Positions 1 through 11,348 of a DNA stretch of 64,000 nt are shown here, piece after piece (the first letter of the stretch is position 1; every line of letters starts with the position of its first letter). This DNA comes from Arenicellales bacterium (lineage in GTDB: Bacteria > Pseudomonadota > Gammaproteobacteria > Arenicellales > JAHEKD01). Below the pieces are notes generated by a model. It had not been told where the DNA came from and searched no databases. It was given only the letters and a program-made list of their open reading frames with translations. The translations under genes were made by a program, and so were the position numbers. Location of the stretch: positions 61,740 through 125,739 of the forward strand of contig CBDCFC010000018.1 in the NCBI GenBank assembly GCA_965215945.1, given 5' to 3'.

Positions 1-1966
1 CCTGCTTAGTTTCAGTCGCGCTTAGTGTTTCATTGTTAATTATCTCATCGGTATTATCATTCGATTGACTGATTTGGTCATATAAATCTTTGATAGTGAT
101 TTTTTCACCATTGTTATTATTTGCAGTGGTGTTTGCCGTGTCAGAATTTTTCTGATCAAGATCAGTCATTAATTGATCATAAAGCTCTTTAATCGTAATG
201 GTGGAATTATTTGAGTTAACCTTGATTGCACTATTTTTGGTTGTCTCGGTAGTTTTAGATTCGTCATCGGCGGAAAGTACCTTGTTAGTACCGACTGGCT
301 GAGTCTCAATTTTGGCAACCTGTATTGTCTCTACCGCTACAATCTCATTTGAGCTATTAGTATCATCATCGACATTATCATTGTTATTGAGCTCAGCTTC
401 ATCCATTATGGCTTGTTCTGTTTGTTTGATTTTACTGACCTCTGGAATATCAGCAGATGAAACACTGTCGACACCCTCGAAAATTGACTGCTCATTTTCG
501 GAATTGGAAACAACGGCGACATTTTGTTTTTCTTGTTCGACAATTTCTCTGACTTCTGATTCACTCACTTCGAAAATAGTGACCTGCGTGCTCTCATCAT
601 CAGTGTTAGCAAGTTCTTCAATAGACTCACCTTGATAGGGTTGTTCTTCCGGTGAATCTGCAACACTGATAACGGCTACTTTTTCTTGGCCTTGTTCGGG
701 ATCGGTAGCTTTGGAAAAATCAATTTCTATTACATCTGCAACAAGCTCTTTCCCATCATCATTTCTATTAAACACATTCGAAATTATCTTAGAAATGGTC
801 TTAATAGTACCTTGTTCAGCCTCATCCTGGGCGAATACATTTTTTTCAGTATCATCTGTTGCAGTCAGCGACTTTTCGGTGATTTCTACTGACGATTGTT
901 TCTTTGATCCAGAGCCTTGCGCAATAGTTTGCTCAGAGTTGACAAGGGTTTGTGCTTGATCGGAGTTTAAATTAATTTTTTCGATGTCTTGATTATCAGT
1001 ATTTTCCACTTCAATAGTAGCGACGCTTTCATCATCGACAACTGTTGCTGCTGATTCGGTTGACATCGTTTGTTCACCATTTGACAAATCTGACAACATT
1101 TCTGATGCCGAAGCATTTGTCTGTGCGTTTAGTTCTGTATCTCCATCTGATTCGATTTTCTCCTCAAGTTCTTCACTAGGAAGCTCCTCATTAGGCACTG
1201 GCGTATCACTCGCCGCCAATTCGATGTCCATTTGCTCAGAGTCAATGTTGTCATTATCGGTTAATTGATCCGTTGTTTGAACTACTCCATCATTTTCAGC
1301 AAGCGATTCTTCTGCCTCAATTTCATCAATATCAGCCTGACTTATTTCTTGCTCGTTTTCGGGTTCGGCTATATCAACAAGTGATTGTTCGGTGACAGCT
1401 TCGACAGATTCATCGCCGTCAACTTCCACCGAAGAATCTTCTTCTAATGTCAGGATTTGAGTTTCTTGTGTCGAATTATCTTCGTCATCAGAAACGGTTG
1501 CTTTCTCCAGGGTTGATGTATCCGCTGTCTGCGTGTCATTTTTCAAATTTTCAACCGCTAATTGTTCTTGATCATTAGTGGTTTCTAATGGTGTTGTCTC
1601 TGATTCCACAGGAGTATCAGTGTTACTTATTTGTTCTGCAGCCTCAACGGTTTCTTCCGCTTGTTTAGATTCTTCACTAGCAACCGCTTGATTGATTAGT
1701 GGAGACTGATTATCCGCATCGATGTCACTTTGTGATTGAACATTCTCCACTGCAATAGCAGCTTTTTGTTCAGAACTGGTGATAGAAGTAGAGTTGCTTT
1801 GCAGGGGTTTGCCTGAATTAAGGTAATAAAAATAACCGCCGATTGCGGCTACCAGTAAAGCGGATAGGAAAAGTTTCGGACCTTTACGCTTTTTTTTGAA
1901 TATATCTCTCTCTTTAATATATTGCTTTTCAAGATCACTTGATTGCGCTTTTATTTTAATAAACAT
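1..1966 (-). CDS. Partial (runs off window start) long acidic, low-complexity membrane-anchored protein, >655 aa
   Basis: ATG at 1966 gives MFIKIKAQSSDLEKQ..., then a basic stretch KKKRKGPK and a hydrophobic segment LFLSALLVAAIGGYFYYL, followed by an E/D/S/T-rich tract. The frame at bases 1-49 is the same and reads DEIINNETLSATETKQ. I did not check every intervening codon. It is missing from the ORF track because it has no stop in the window. Confidence 0.75.
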   Translation of the reverse strand, partial: MFIKIKAQSSDLEKQYIKERDIFKKKRKGPKLFLSALLVAAIGGYFYYLNSGKPLQSNSTSITSSEQKAAIAVENVQSQSDIDADNQSPLINQAVASEESKQAEETVEAAEQISNTDTPVESETTPLETTNDQEQLAVENLKNDTQTADTSTLEKATVSDDEDNSTQETQILTLEEDSSVEVDGDESVEAVTEQSLVDIAEPENEQEISQADIDEIEAEESLAENDGVVQTTDQLTDNDNIDSEQMDIELAASDTPVPNEELPSEELEEKIESDGDTELNAQTNASASEMLSDLSNGEQTMSTESAATVVDDESVATIEVENTDNQDIEKINLNSDQAQTLVNSEQTIAQGSGSKKQSSVEITEKSLTATDDTEKNVFAQDEAEQGTIKTISKIISNVFNRNDDGKELVADVIEIDFSKATDPEQGQEKVAVISVADSPEEQPYQGESIEELANTDDESTQVTIFEVSESEVREIVEQEKQNVAVVSNSENEQSIFEGVDSVSSADIPEVSKIKQTEQAIMDEAELNNNDNVDDDTNSSNEIVAVETIQVAKIETQPVGTNKVLSADDESKTTETTKNSAIKVNSNNSTITIKELYDQLMTDLDQKNSDTANTTANNNNGEKITIKDLYDQISQSNDNTDEIINNETLSATETKQ

Positions 1967-2018
1967 CGCTAATACTTCTTCATTGTTAAAACAACTGACT
2001 AATTAACAATGCTGTCAG

Positions 2019-2516
2019 TTAGGGGTTTAAAACAATAATCTCTACGCGTCGATTAGTTCTGCGTCCTTCGGATGTACTATTGTCAGCAACAGGTGAGGTT
2101 TCTCCTTTCCCTGTCGAAGCCATGCGAGTCTCATCAATATTACTGAAGGCAAGTTCCTTTAGAACGACCTCGGCACGTTCAGCTGAAAGTGTCAAGTTGT
2201 AGTTGGGGTCGCCGATATTATCGCTGTGTCCTTCAATTTCGATATTCCGGTTTTTTGCACGTTTATGATTTAATACGCTCGCAATCTGTGCAATTTTATC
2301 TCTTGACGATGCCTTTAAATTACTGCTGTCAAAGTCGAAATACACGGTCGGGAGTGTGATAATTAGACCTCGTTCATCTTCAGATATATTTACATCCATT
2401 CCTTCAAATTGCGCCGCTAACTGCTTGTTACTAAAAGCCATGCAGCCAGCAAGGATGATCGAAAAGACCACGACAAAAAAAGTGGAACTAACTCTATTGA
2501 ATGATTTTAAATCCAT
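2019..2516 (-). CDS. OmpA/Pal-family peptidoglycan-binding lipoprotein
   Basis: Lipobox ILAGC; OmpA-C motifs VYFDFDSSNL, IEGHSD..G...N..LS..RA and RRTNRRVEI. Confidence 0.9.
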   Translation of the reverse strand: MDLKSFNRVSSTFFVVVFSIILAGCMAFSNKQLAAQFEGMDVNISEDERGLIITLPTVYFDFDSSNLKASSRDKIAQIASVLNHKRAKNRNIEIEGHSDNIGDPNYNLTLSAERAEVVLKELAFSNIDETRMASTGKGETSPVADNSTSEGRRTNRRVEIIVLNP

Positions 2517-2716
2517 ACTTACCTACCTGAAAAACAATTATTAGTCTTGTTACCTTACTAAATGCAATACTGATATACCCTTGGCTCTCTCAACCAGCAT
2601 TTTTAGTTCTAACAGCTTAATTATACATGTTTGCTAAGGATTGTAAAAAAACTTTAAATTCAAAAATATATATAATATTTATAAAGTTAGCTAAGAATTT
2701 GCCTTAACTCGATAAA

Positions 2717-3923
2717 TCACAACACATCATCTAATTCAGCACATAAGTCACTAGCATCTTCAATTCCAACCGAAAAGCGAAATAAACCATTTCCGGCGAA
2801 GTCTCGATAGCGTTTTTCAGCGTCTGGATTTAATCGATAAGTCGAATTCATTAGCATTTGGGTAGGAATCCAATAGATAAGAGAACGATGATGCCCCAAT
2901 GAAACCGCATAATGAATGATGTTAAATTTCTCTATCATTCGTGAAGCAATTTTTTCGCCGTCTTCATCAGTTTGAAAACTTAGCATTGCCGAATAATTCT
3001 GCATTTGCTTTTTAGCTAAATCATGTTGTGGGTGAGAGGGTAAACCCGGATAGTAAACAGTTTTAACATTTCTATGGTTCTCTAAGAATTTTGCTACTTG
3101 TAATGCAGTTGCTTGATGAGCGCTCATCCTCAGGGGAAAAGTCGCCGCACCACGCATAATCAACCAGGCGTTAAAAGGTGACAGCACTCCGCCATAATGT
3201 ACTGTTGCCTCAAGATTGAGAGTTGCCAAATCATCCTTTCGCCCAATCACGGCACCACCCATCGCATCGCCGTGACCACCGATGTACTTCGTTAAAGAAT
3301 GAACGACAAAATCTGCGCCCAGTTCTAACGGCTTTGTCGCTGCGGGGGTAGCAAAAGTTGAATCTACCGTAACATCACGCACGCCTTTTTCATGCGCCAG
3401 GGTTGAAATAGTCTCAATGTCACTTAAACGCATAATTGGGTTAGCGGGGGTTTCCAGCCAAACCATTTTGGTGTTGGATTTAATCGATTCTTCAACCAGA
3501 TTTAAATCAGAGGTATCCACCGGGGTGACTTCAATGCCCCACCGAGGTAAGCTGTCTCTAACCAGTTCAGCGGTGCCAACATAATTAGTATCAGAAATAA
3601 CTAGATGATCACCTTGATTTAAGCGCCCGGCTAGCAAAGCATGGGAGGCTGCCAATCCCCGAGGCATAACATAGCGCTGATTCAGCGTTTTCCATGACCG
3701 CTAATTTTTGAGACAGTTGATCGATGGTTGGATTTGAAACCCGTGCGTAAACATAACCTTCGTAATCTGATCGGTTGCGTGCAGAAAAACCGGCTACCTG
3801 GTCCGGACAAAATGTTGACGACATTACCAGATTTGGAGAAGACGCTCTGGTTGTGGGGTCAATATACTCACCCGCATGTATTGCTTTAGTTTGTTCGCCC
3901 CAGGTGTTACTGTCGTTACTCAT
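2717..3923 (-). CDS. PLP-dependent trans-sulfuration enzyme (cystathionine gamma-synthase / methionine gamma-lyase family), split by a +1 frameshift near 3655
   Basis: N-part (3609-3923) has TKAIHAG and YARVSNPT...ALCYASG; C-part has WLETPANP, VDSTFATP and HSLTKYIGGHGD (PLP lysine). The junction reads GGG ATT GGC AGC where GGG ATG GCA GCC (SGMAA) is expected, i.e. one extra T. Confidence 0.88.
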
Positions 3924-4877
3924 GTATTTACCTGCTGAATAAATTCGTTATAAAGAATGTGTGCAACCATTAAGTCTAAATGTCCACCGCCGCCATTTTT
4001 AAAAACTGTAATTTTCTTCGTCATTGAATCTGGAAAACCTATCACTGGTTGCCGCATCGTAAAAATCGGCTTTGATATCTTGCTCGGTCATAACACCTTC
4101 TTTGATGGGTCGGACAATCTCACCAACGATACCGACGGTCATTCGTCTTGAATCAACAAAGACGTTACCGACGACGTATTGTTTCATTATCAGCTTCGCG
4201 TAAATCCTCAGTAAATGCACCAATTAAATCTACATGTGTGCCTGGTTTTAATAGCTCGCCTTTTATGTATGGAGAAGGAGTCGTTACTGCACTGCTAATT
4301 AAATCTGCTTGCTGCATCGCCGCCTCCAGGTCATGAGTTTGTGTAACAGCAATATTTTTCTCGGCAAGTTTTTCTATCGCTGAATGACAGCGTTGTGCTG
4401 TTCGATTCCAAATAAAAACTTCATTAATAGTCGGCCTGAGTGCACAATGTGCTTCGATCAAATGGGGTGCCATGCCGCCAGCACCAATCATTAGCATTGT
4501 TTTCACATCGTCTCTGGCCAGTAAATGCGTAGCCAGCGCGGAATCCGTTGCCGTTTTAATAAAGGTCAGGGCGGTGCCATCAATACAGCATAAAGGAGAG
4601 CCTGACTTGCCATCAAATAAAGTGTAAAGCGCCTGAATGAGGGCGGCGCGTCAGGATCACGATTTTGCGGGAAGATAGTAATATTCTTAGAGCCCAAATA
4701 ATGCCCCTTTTGCCAGGCGGCACGCAGAAAAAAATGATTTTTCAGATTTTCATGATCGGACTCGATTAATAGATCTTCGATTACTTCAGTAGGTGTTTTA
4801 TGTGCATCCAAAAGCTTTTCAGCCAGCTCGGGATAGGTAAATAGATTTTGGGCTGTAGTTGCGTTTATATAGTGCAC
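3920..4877 (-). CDS. Ornithine cyclodeaminase / mu-crystallin family protein, frameshifted (ORF fragments 4566-4877, 4165-4506, 3999-4223)
   Basis: Rossmann motif MIGAGGMA, WNRT, LKPGTHVDLIGAF and terminal ITVFKNGGGGHLDLM. Its TGA overlaps the next gene's ATG at 3920-3923. Confidence 0.82.
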
Positions 4878-4885
4878 AGCAGTTC

Positions 4886-5882
4886 CTATTGCTCGATTTC
4901 TGATAGATCATTGGCACCATTCACAATAGCTTTGTGAATGTTCATGTTAATATTACCACCGCTTAATACAATAACCGTTGATCCACTTAAGTTTAGTCTG
5001 TTTGACTAAAATGGCAGCCAAGCCGACGGAAGCTCCACCTTCAATAATTTGTCGTTCATGTGTATAAGCGTGCCTGATTGCTACGGCAATTTCTGCTTCA
5101 CTGACTACCGTTGTTTCATCGACTAATTGACTAACAATATCAAAAGTATAATGGTTGTCTGAATTAATTCCACCGGCCAGAGAATCAGCAAACGTTGGTT
5201 CTTCGTCCACACCAACAATCTTTCCTGCCTCTAGACTATTTATCATTGCGGGGCCGCGATCCATGCTTATTCCTATAATTTTACATTGAGGTCGAAAAAG
5301 CTTTTATAGCAATCGCCACACCTGAGATCAAGCCACCTCCAGATAGGGGAACCACCACATTTTCTACATCGGATAGTTGATTGATAACCTCCAGCCCTAA
5401 TGTACCTTGTCCACAGATTATGTCTTTGTGGTCAAAAGGGGGCAGATAGGTGGATTCCGGTGCGTTCAATATGTTCTATCGCGACTGCTTCGGCATCATC
5501 GGCGTTGTTTCCGGCAATAATGACTTCAGCGCCTAAATCACGTATTCCGTTTACTTTAATGTCAGGCACGAAAGGGGACATGAAAACTTTGGCAGCAACT
5601 CCAATTCGTTTTGCGGCCAAAGCGATACCACGGCCGTGATTCCCGGATGAGACACAGACCACGCCGGCCGCTTTTTGTGTCTCGGTTAATTGCAACATCG
5701 CATTTGTTGCACCACGAATCTTGAAGCTGTTTGTGATTTGCTGATGTTCCATTTTTCAAATACACTGGACTATTAACAAGCTTTGACAGCTGAGTAGATT
5801 TACTAAGGGGAGTCATTCGGATATAGTTCGGCAAACGTGCCCGAGCCGCTGCTATATCTTCCAATGTTATTTTGTTTATCAT
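4886..5882 (-). CDS. Threonine/serine dehydratase family, EutB-like (hydroxyectoine utilisation dehydratase), frameshifted
   Basis: TPL...VYLK, EHQQITNSFKIRGA (PLP lysine), SSGNHG, PFDH..IICGQGT and VPLSGGGL are spread over 4 ORF fragments. ATG at 5882, TAG at 4886. Confidence 0.85.
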
Positions 5883-5892
5883 CAGGGTCTGT

Positions 5893-6798
5893 CTAACGGC
5901 TTTCAGCATATGGGTCGTTTAATTTCGTTTTAGGAACAGAAGAAATAAGAGTGATGGCGACTAAAATAATAGCCAAACAAACCCATAAAACTATTTGCAA
6001 GGGTTCATCGAAAAAAAACATGCCAAGCAAGATACTTGCCGGGGAGAAATATATGCTGCCTGGGCAGCATAGACAGCACCACCTTTGCGAATGGCGCTGA
6101 AGAAAAGAATCCGCTCAAAACTCCACAATACGATCAGCAAAACAATAATCCAATAACCACTTTCCCAACCCTCCAATGGTTGCTGGTCACGAAGCTTAGC
6201 AATGCAAACGGTAGCGATAAAATACCTACAAACACCGACTCGCCGAATGCTACATCGATAGCATCATAATTCACTGGCCAGCGTGTTGAGGCATATACAT
6301 CATAAACTGCATAAGAAATTGAAACCAAAAAAAGACAGTAATAGCCAGGTATTAATTTGTTCGATAGAAAATTGATTGCGGGATAAAAGTAATATTAGAA
6401 CAGCCCCAAATCCCAGTACTAAACCTAGTGCTTTGCGAGAGTTATATTTGTCTTCTTTGAATAGTAATGCAAAGGAGTAAGTGAAGATCGGTGCCGTAGT
6501 CAAGACGATAGACAAAAGTCCTGCAGAAATGTGTTTCAAGACAAGTAAGCTGAAATACTCTGGAATTAAATACGCGGTAATTGCACAAATGAAACCAAAG
6601 GTCAAAAACCGCGAGCTATAAAGTGAATCGTCTACTTTGAGTTCTAAGATAAAGATATAAAACAATCGCAACACCAATGGTGCAAACAAAAATGATCTGA
6701 AAGAAATCAATGCCGGTTTTAGCCGCAAATTTTATCAGGATAACTGACAAACCCCAGGCTATGCCAAGCAAGATTGCTGTTGATGAGTTGTAGAACAC
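5893..6798 (-). CDS. EamA/DMT family transporter, frameshifted
   Basis: Four overlapping, highly hydrophobic ORF fragments (6616-6798, 6300-6728, 6134-6328, 5991-6176) with typical DMT segments: LLGIAWGLS, LTTAPIFT..FALLFKED and GAVYAAQ. Confidence 0.8.
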
Positions 6799-6824
6799 TC
6801 AATACTCCACTTAACTAGGGCTTG

Positions 6825-6855
6825 AGTTTACAAGCTAAAGTTAACTTTAAGTCAA
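6825..6855 (-). promoter_or_regulatory. SoxR-type (MerR family) promoter with a 19-bp spacer and SoxR-box palindrome
   Basis: On the minus strand: -35 TTGACT (6855-6850), 19-bp spacer, -10 TAAACT (6830-6825). The spacer contains the perfect 14-bp palindrome TAAAGTTAACTTTA (6836-6849), which resembles the E. coli soxS operator core CAAGTTAACTTG. Confidence 0.85.
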
Positions 6856-6891
6856 GTTATACTTAGAAATCATTTTACGTTGAATTAGATT

Positions 6892-7329
6892 ATGAATAAA
6901 TTTCTAACTATCGGAGAGGTCGCCAGTAGGTCTGGTGTGGCAACATCAGCATTACGTTTCTATGAAACAAAAGGTTTAATAACATCGATTCGAAATAATT
7001 CGAATCAGCGGAGATTCGACCGTTCAACCATCCGTCGTGTATCCGTTATTCGCTTCGCTCAAAAGCTTGGATTGTCACTTGAAGAAATCGTTGATGCTTT
7101 TAATAGTCTCCCGGATAAGCGAACACCAACAAAAAACGATTGGAAAAAGCTGTCAAAAAAATGGCAACAAAAATTAGATCAGCGTATTCAACATCTTCAA
7201 TCATTAAGAGATAACTTGGATAGTTGCATTGGTTGTGGTTGTTTATCATTCAAAGTTTGTTCAATTTATAATGAAAATGATAAAGCTGCCGCCGAGGGAC
7301 CAGGTCCCAGGCATTTGTTAAGAAAATAA
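6892..7329 (+). CDS. soxR: Redox-sensitive transcriptional activator SoxR
   Basis: MerR HTH LTIGEVASRSGVATSALRFYETKGLI and [2Fe-2S] motif CIGCGCLSFKVC (CX2CXCX5C). Confidence 0.96.
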   Translation: MNKFLTIGEVASRSGVATSALRFYETKGLITSIRNNSNQRRFDRSTIRRVSVIRFAQKLGLSLEEIVDAFNSLPDKRTPTKNDWKKLSKKWQQKLDQRIQHLQSLRDNLDSCIGCGCLSFKVCSIYNENDKAAAEGPGPRHLLRK

Positions 7330-7617
7330 AGCGGTTCACATGTCCCATTAAAAACATGTGATGAAGTATAAAACCCTGTAAACCAAGAGAAAACAGCAAA
7401 ATGCCAGAAGTAAGACATGAATCAGAAAAGCCCCCAACGTCATTCCGGAAAATACGAAGTATTTGTCCGGACGAAGTGCCCTTTGGGTGATCCAGCATCT
7501 TTTCTTATTACTCAGTGGATTCAGTGGGTGTTAATCTCTTGGAGAAGCCCGTTGCAACTTTTATCTTGAACAAGATGGTACTGACTGAAAGGATTGATAA
7601 ATTGGAAATGCCAATGG

Positions 7618-7661
7618 ATGCCGAATCCGTCATCCTGAACTTGATTCAGGATCGGCATGAC
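7618..7661. repeat. REP-like nested palindromic element
   Basis: ATGCCGA...TCGGCAT encloses an ATCCTGAA-CTTGA-TTCAGGAT hairpin; it shares GAATCCGTCA with the element at 48724. Confidence 0.5.
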
Positions 7662-7712
7662 GATGGGGGTAGTTAATGGAACACTGAAAAGCGGTTTAAA
7701 ATTAGTGGGCGT

Positions 7713-8810
7713 TTAACGATCATCCTGGCGCTTTAAAAAATCTTCAAATTCAATTTCATAAAGACTAAATAGTGCTAAAGCCAGACCGAATATCAGTGGT
7801 CCATAAATAAGCCCGAGTAAACCAAAAACCTGTAGACCGCCAATCAGAGAGAAAAAAATCAGTAGTGTATTCATGCCGGAATTGCCTTGCATGACTAATG
7901 GGCGGACAAAGTTATCGATCGAGCCAATAACAATTACCCCCCAGGCAATTAGAAAAATTCCCCACTGCCATTCATTAGTAAGTAACAAATAGATAGCTGC
8001 AGGAAGCCATATTAACGCGGTACCCACCATGGGGATGAATGAGCAAAAGCCCATCATCATGCCCCAGAATAAACCGGGAAAACCAACCAGCCACATGGCA
8101 AAACCGCCCTGCAATACCCTGCACCAGCGCGGTAATAAATGATCCGAGCATGGCCGATTTGGCGACATTTTCAATTTCGTTTAACAGTTTATCTTCCTGG
8201 CTGCGCGATAATGGAATAACATGGCGCATTTTCTCAACTAGAAATTCATGATCACGCAATAAAAAAAACAACACGAATAACATTAAAACAAATGTAGTGA
8301 CGACTTGGGTGACATTGCCGACCAATTTGGCACTAACGTTTAAAGCGCCGCTGCCGAGCTTGGAAAACGCACCGCCGGCTTGTTTTAAAATCATTTCCGT
8401 GTTTATGTCTTCAAAAGGGTAGATGCTATTTATCGCAGGCGATAACTTTTTGTATGTATGGATGCTCAAGCAGGTTCTTCGCTTTGCCAAGATTAACCCA
8501 TTCATATGCCGCTTTGGAAAAGGCACTGGCCTGATCGATAATTGCAGCAACAATAAATCCGAATGGAATGAGGATAATCACCGTCAGTAAAATACAAGAG
8601 AGGATGGCCCGCCGTGTTAGGTTTGTTACCTAAACGCTGTTCAATTTTTTGATGAAAGGGCAGACATAACAAAGACAATATAAAGGCCAAGATGATCGAG
8701 TTGACATAAGGTTTGATTAATAAGAAGACCCCTAAAAATGCCACGATAACAGCGGCAATCAGAATCCAGTGTTGAACTCGAAAATTAAATTTTTTCTTTT
8801 CTTCTGTCAT
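7713..8810 (-). CDS. AI-2E (PerM/YdiK) family transporter, frameshifted
   Basis: Fragments 8502-8828, 7975-8553 and 7713-8174 carry LFFLLRD, SFIPMVGTALIWLP, IDNFVRP and GLIYGPL motifs. Confidence 0.85.
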
Positions 8811-8895
8811 GGCCAATATTAAAAACAAGTAAAGCTATTTTAACTGCTAAGCTTGGATTAATGACATGAAATTTGCTTGAACAAACTGAGGTTCC

Positions 8896-9657
8896 TTAAT
8901 TTAATTGCAGCAGTTTTCCAAATCCTGAGATTTTCTCTTTATAACCGGTTTCGCGTAGGGCCTGCCAAAGCATGGCTTGATTGCTGGTTATCACCGGAAC
9001 ACCTAGCTCATCCTCAAGCTGAGCTATGATTGGAACAACTGGCAACGCTGTGCAAGCCAGGAATACACCTTGAGTAATAGAGTTAGCCGCTTGCTTGGCG
9101 GCTTTAATAATCGAATCCGGACTTAGTCGGCCAATATCCCGATCATCTTCAATGTCTAGATAGTCCATATTGTGAATATTAAGCCCCTGATCGCAAAAAT
9201 ATTGGGCGAGTATTTCACTGACTTGTTTTATATAGGGAGCGACTAATGTGATTTTATCTATTCCAAGTCTATTAAAACCTTCAATGGTAGCCGTAGTCGG
9301 TGTGATGACAGGGACGCCGGGTTTTCCTTTAGCAACAGATGTGCGAACCACGTCATCGCCGATAACAGCCGATGCAGAAGTGCAAGCGTAAACAATTGCA
9401 TCAAGTTCCATATCCGGTAGTATTAATCTTGCAGCATCGGTCAGCTTAGGTTGCATGGCTACTAGATTTTCTCGTGTAGTCGGATTAATAAATTCAACCC
9501 GATTGACGAAAAAGCCGATGTGATTGTTCGGCCGCATTAAGTAAAAATCATTTTCCACGGTTAAATCCGTGGACAAACAAACCAGGCCGATTTTTAAATC
9601 GCGATCCTGATTATCAAAATCAAGTTCGTGAGCGGTGACTTTTGAAGCGAACGTCAT
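8896..9657 (-). CDS. Maleate cis-trans isomerase / Asp-Glu racemase family (EutA-like)
   Basis: IGLVCLSTDLTVE, YACTSAS, FLACTALP and PVITSNQA motifs. The likely start is ATG 9657, just after the argE stop. Confidence 0.82.
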   Translation of the reverse strand: MTFASKVTAHELDFDNQDRDLKIGLVCLSTDLTVENDFYLMRPNNHIGFFVNRVEFINPTTRENLVAMQPKLTDAARLILPDMELDAIVYACTSASAVIGDDVVRTSVAKGKPGVPVITPTTATIEGFNRLGIDKITLVAPYIKQVSEILAQYFCDQGLNIHNMDYLDIEDDRDIGRLSPDSIIKAAKQAANSITQGVFLACTALPVVPIIAQLEDELGVPVITSNQAMLWQALRETGYKEKISGFGKLLQLN

Positions 9658-9658
9658 G

Positions 9659-10819
9659 TCAAGATAAATGCCTGCCAAGATCACTTAAAAACGCAAGACA
9701 TTTTTTTAATTCAGAGATTTCAATGTATTCGTCAGGCTTATGTGCCTGAGCCAGGCTACCGGGCCCATAAACAACGCTGTCAATCCCAATGTTCTGAAAA
9801 TAACCTGCGTCAGTACCAAATGAAACTACATCATATGAATCATTGTCGCTAATATTCTTGATTGTTTTGATGATTTCAGATTCCGGGTTAATTGACAACC
9901 CGGGAACAAAAGCCTTGTTGTCAGTGAAAATAGCTGCTTGAGCAGAAAATTCGCGCATTTGTGGGATAAGAACCTGTTGGCAGTAGTCTTCTATCTCCTG
10001 CATGATTTGCGCTTCATCCTCTTCAGGAATAGGGCGGATTTCCCAATCAAATTGGCAATGTCTGGCGATTGTGTTTCGGGAGGAGCCACCTCGGATAGTG
10101 CCGATATTGAAACTAGTATAGGGTGGATTAAAGGCAGAGTTTGCCGGGGCATTTTTCTTTAACTGCTCACTTTTATCGAGGATGAAATTAATCATTTTTA
10201 CGGCGTAATGAATTGCGCTCACGCCATCTTCAGGATTGGAGGAGTGCGCTTCAAAGCCTTTAATCGTTGTAGTGACTTCATTGCCGCCTTTATGTCCGGC
10301 GATGATTTTCATTTGCGTCGGCTCGCCAATAATGGCGCTGCTCGGCTTATACCGTCTGTCTTTCAACCATTGGGACAGTCGCTTGGCGCCGTAACCACCG
10401 GTCTCTTCGTCGTAAGTAAAACCCAGTTGAATAGGGTGCTTCAAATCTTGTTTAAGCCACTCGGGAACCGATGCCAGGCAACAAGCTAAAAAACCTTTCA
10501 TATCAACCGCGCCACGTCCATACAATCGAGAGTTTTTTTCGATCAAGTCAAAAGGATCATGAGTCCAATTTTGCCCGGTGACATGCACCACGTCTGTATG
10601 CCCACTGAGCATAATTCCGCCTGAAGTTTTTGGGCCAATTGTGACAAATAAGTTCGCTCGGGTTTTGTCTTCAGAATAAATCAGTTCGGATTCAATGCCA
10701 TATCCATCAAGATGCCTGACCATGTAATCAACCATATCAAGATTCGATTCACCTGACATGACAGCAAATGAAACGAGTTTCTTTAAAATTTCTCGGGTTT
10801 CTTTGAGTGCGTTTTGCAT
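9659..10819 (-). CDS. argE: Acetylornithine deacetylase (M20 family)
   Basis: SGHTDVV, GRGAVDMKGF, YDEETG, GEPT, FGTDAG and AHKPDEYI motifs. Confidence 0.88.
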   Translation of the reverse strand: MQNALKETREILKKLVSFAVMSGESNLDMVDYMVRHLDGYGIESELIYSEDKTRANLFVTIGPKTSGGIMLSGHTDVVHVTGQNWTHDPFDLIEKNSRLYGRGAVDMKGFLACCLASVPEWLKQDLKHPIQLGFTYDEETGGYGAKRLSQWLKDRRYKPSSAIIGEPTQMKIIAGHKGGNEVTTTIKGFEAHSSNPEDGVSAIHYAVKMINFILDKSEQLKKNAPANSAFNPPYTSFNIGTIRGGSSRNTIARHCQFDWEIRPIPEEDEAQIMQEIEDYCQQVLIPQMREFSAQAAIFTDNKAFVPGLSINPESEIIKTIKNISDNDSYDVVSFGTDAGYFQNIGIDSVVYGPGSLAQAHKPDEYIEISELKKCLAFLSDLGRHLS

Positions 10820-11068
10820 AATGGAATTGATTATATCGAAGTCGTTAACAATACTATAATCAATGAGGCTGTAACTTTTGTAAAAGTTAACTCAGGTAGA
10901 ATAGTTTTCGTTGCATTATGAAAAGACAACTTGGCCAACAAGTAAAGTTTCAGATGCAAGTAATAGGTTCGTTGTTTTACTGCAAAAAAATGAGAATGTT
11001 AAATAGTTAACAGAATTATTTTCTAACCGTAAGTAAGATGAGGCTTCTTATACCAAAGGAGATAAAAA

Positions 11069-11326
11069 ATGAAGCTAAAAATAATTTTTACAATAGTAAT
11101 AACTTTATTCACGTTAACAACCTATGCTGGTACTTGGACTTACTCTAATGGAGACGGTGGAGTGATTGTCCACAACGGGCCACGCGGCCATCCGGGTACA
11201 ACACATGTAAATGTAAAAAATGTACGACAAGGCCGGAAGTTAGCCAAAAAGCTCAACAAAATTGCAGAAGAAGATCAGGAAGGTTTTATGGATAATGGAG
11301 ATTGTCCTGAAGGTGTTTTGTGCTAA
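11069..11326 (+). CDS. Small secreted protein, paralogue 1 (C-terminal GFMDNGDCPEGVLC)
   Basis: AAGGAG RBS; signal-peptide-like MKLKIIFTIVITLFTLTTYA; C-terminus shared with the next gene. Confidence 0.8.
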   Translation: MKLKIIFTIVITLFTLTTYAGTWTYSNGDGGVIVHNGPRGHPGTTHVNVKNVRQGRKLAKKLNKIAEEDQEGFMDNGDCPEGVLC

Positions 11327-11348
11327 TTTAAATAATTGGAGAAAAATA

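Noticed and set aside
312-959. Plus-strand Ser/Leu-rich ORFs (and many similar short antisense ORFs in the track)
   Set aside because: They are shadow frames of real genes on the opposite strand and have no independent motifs.
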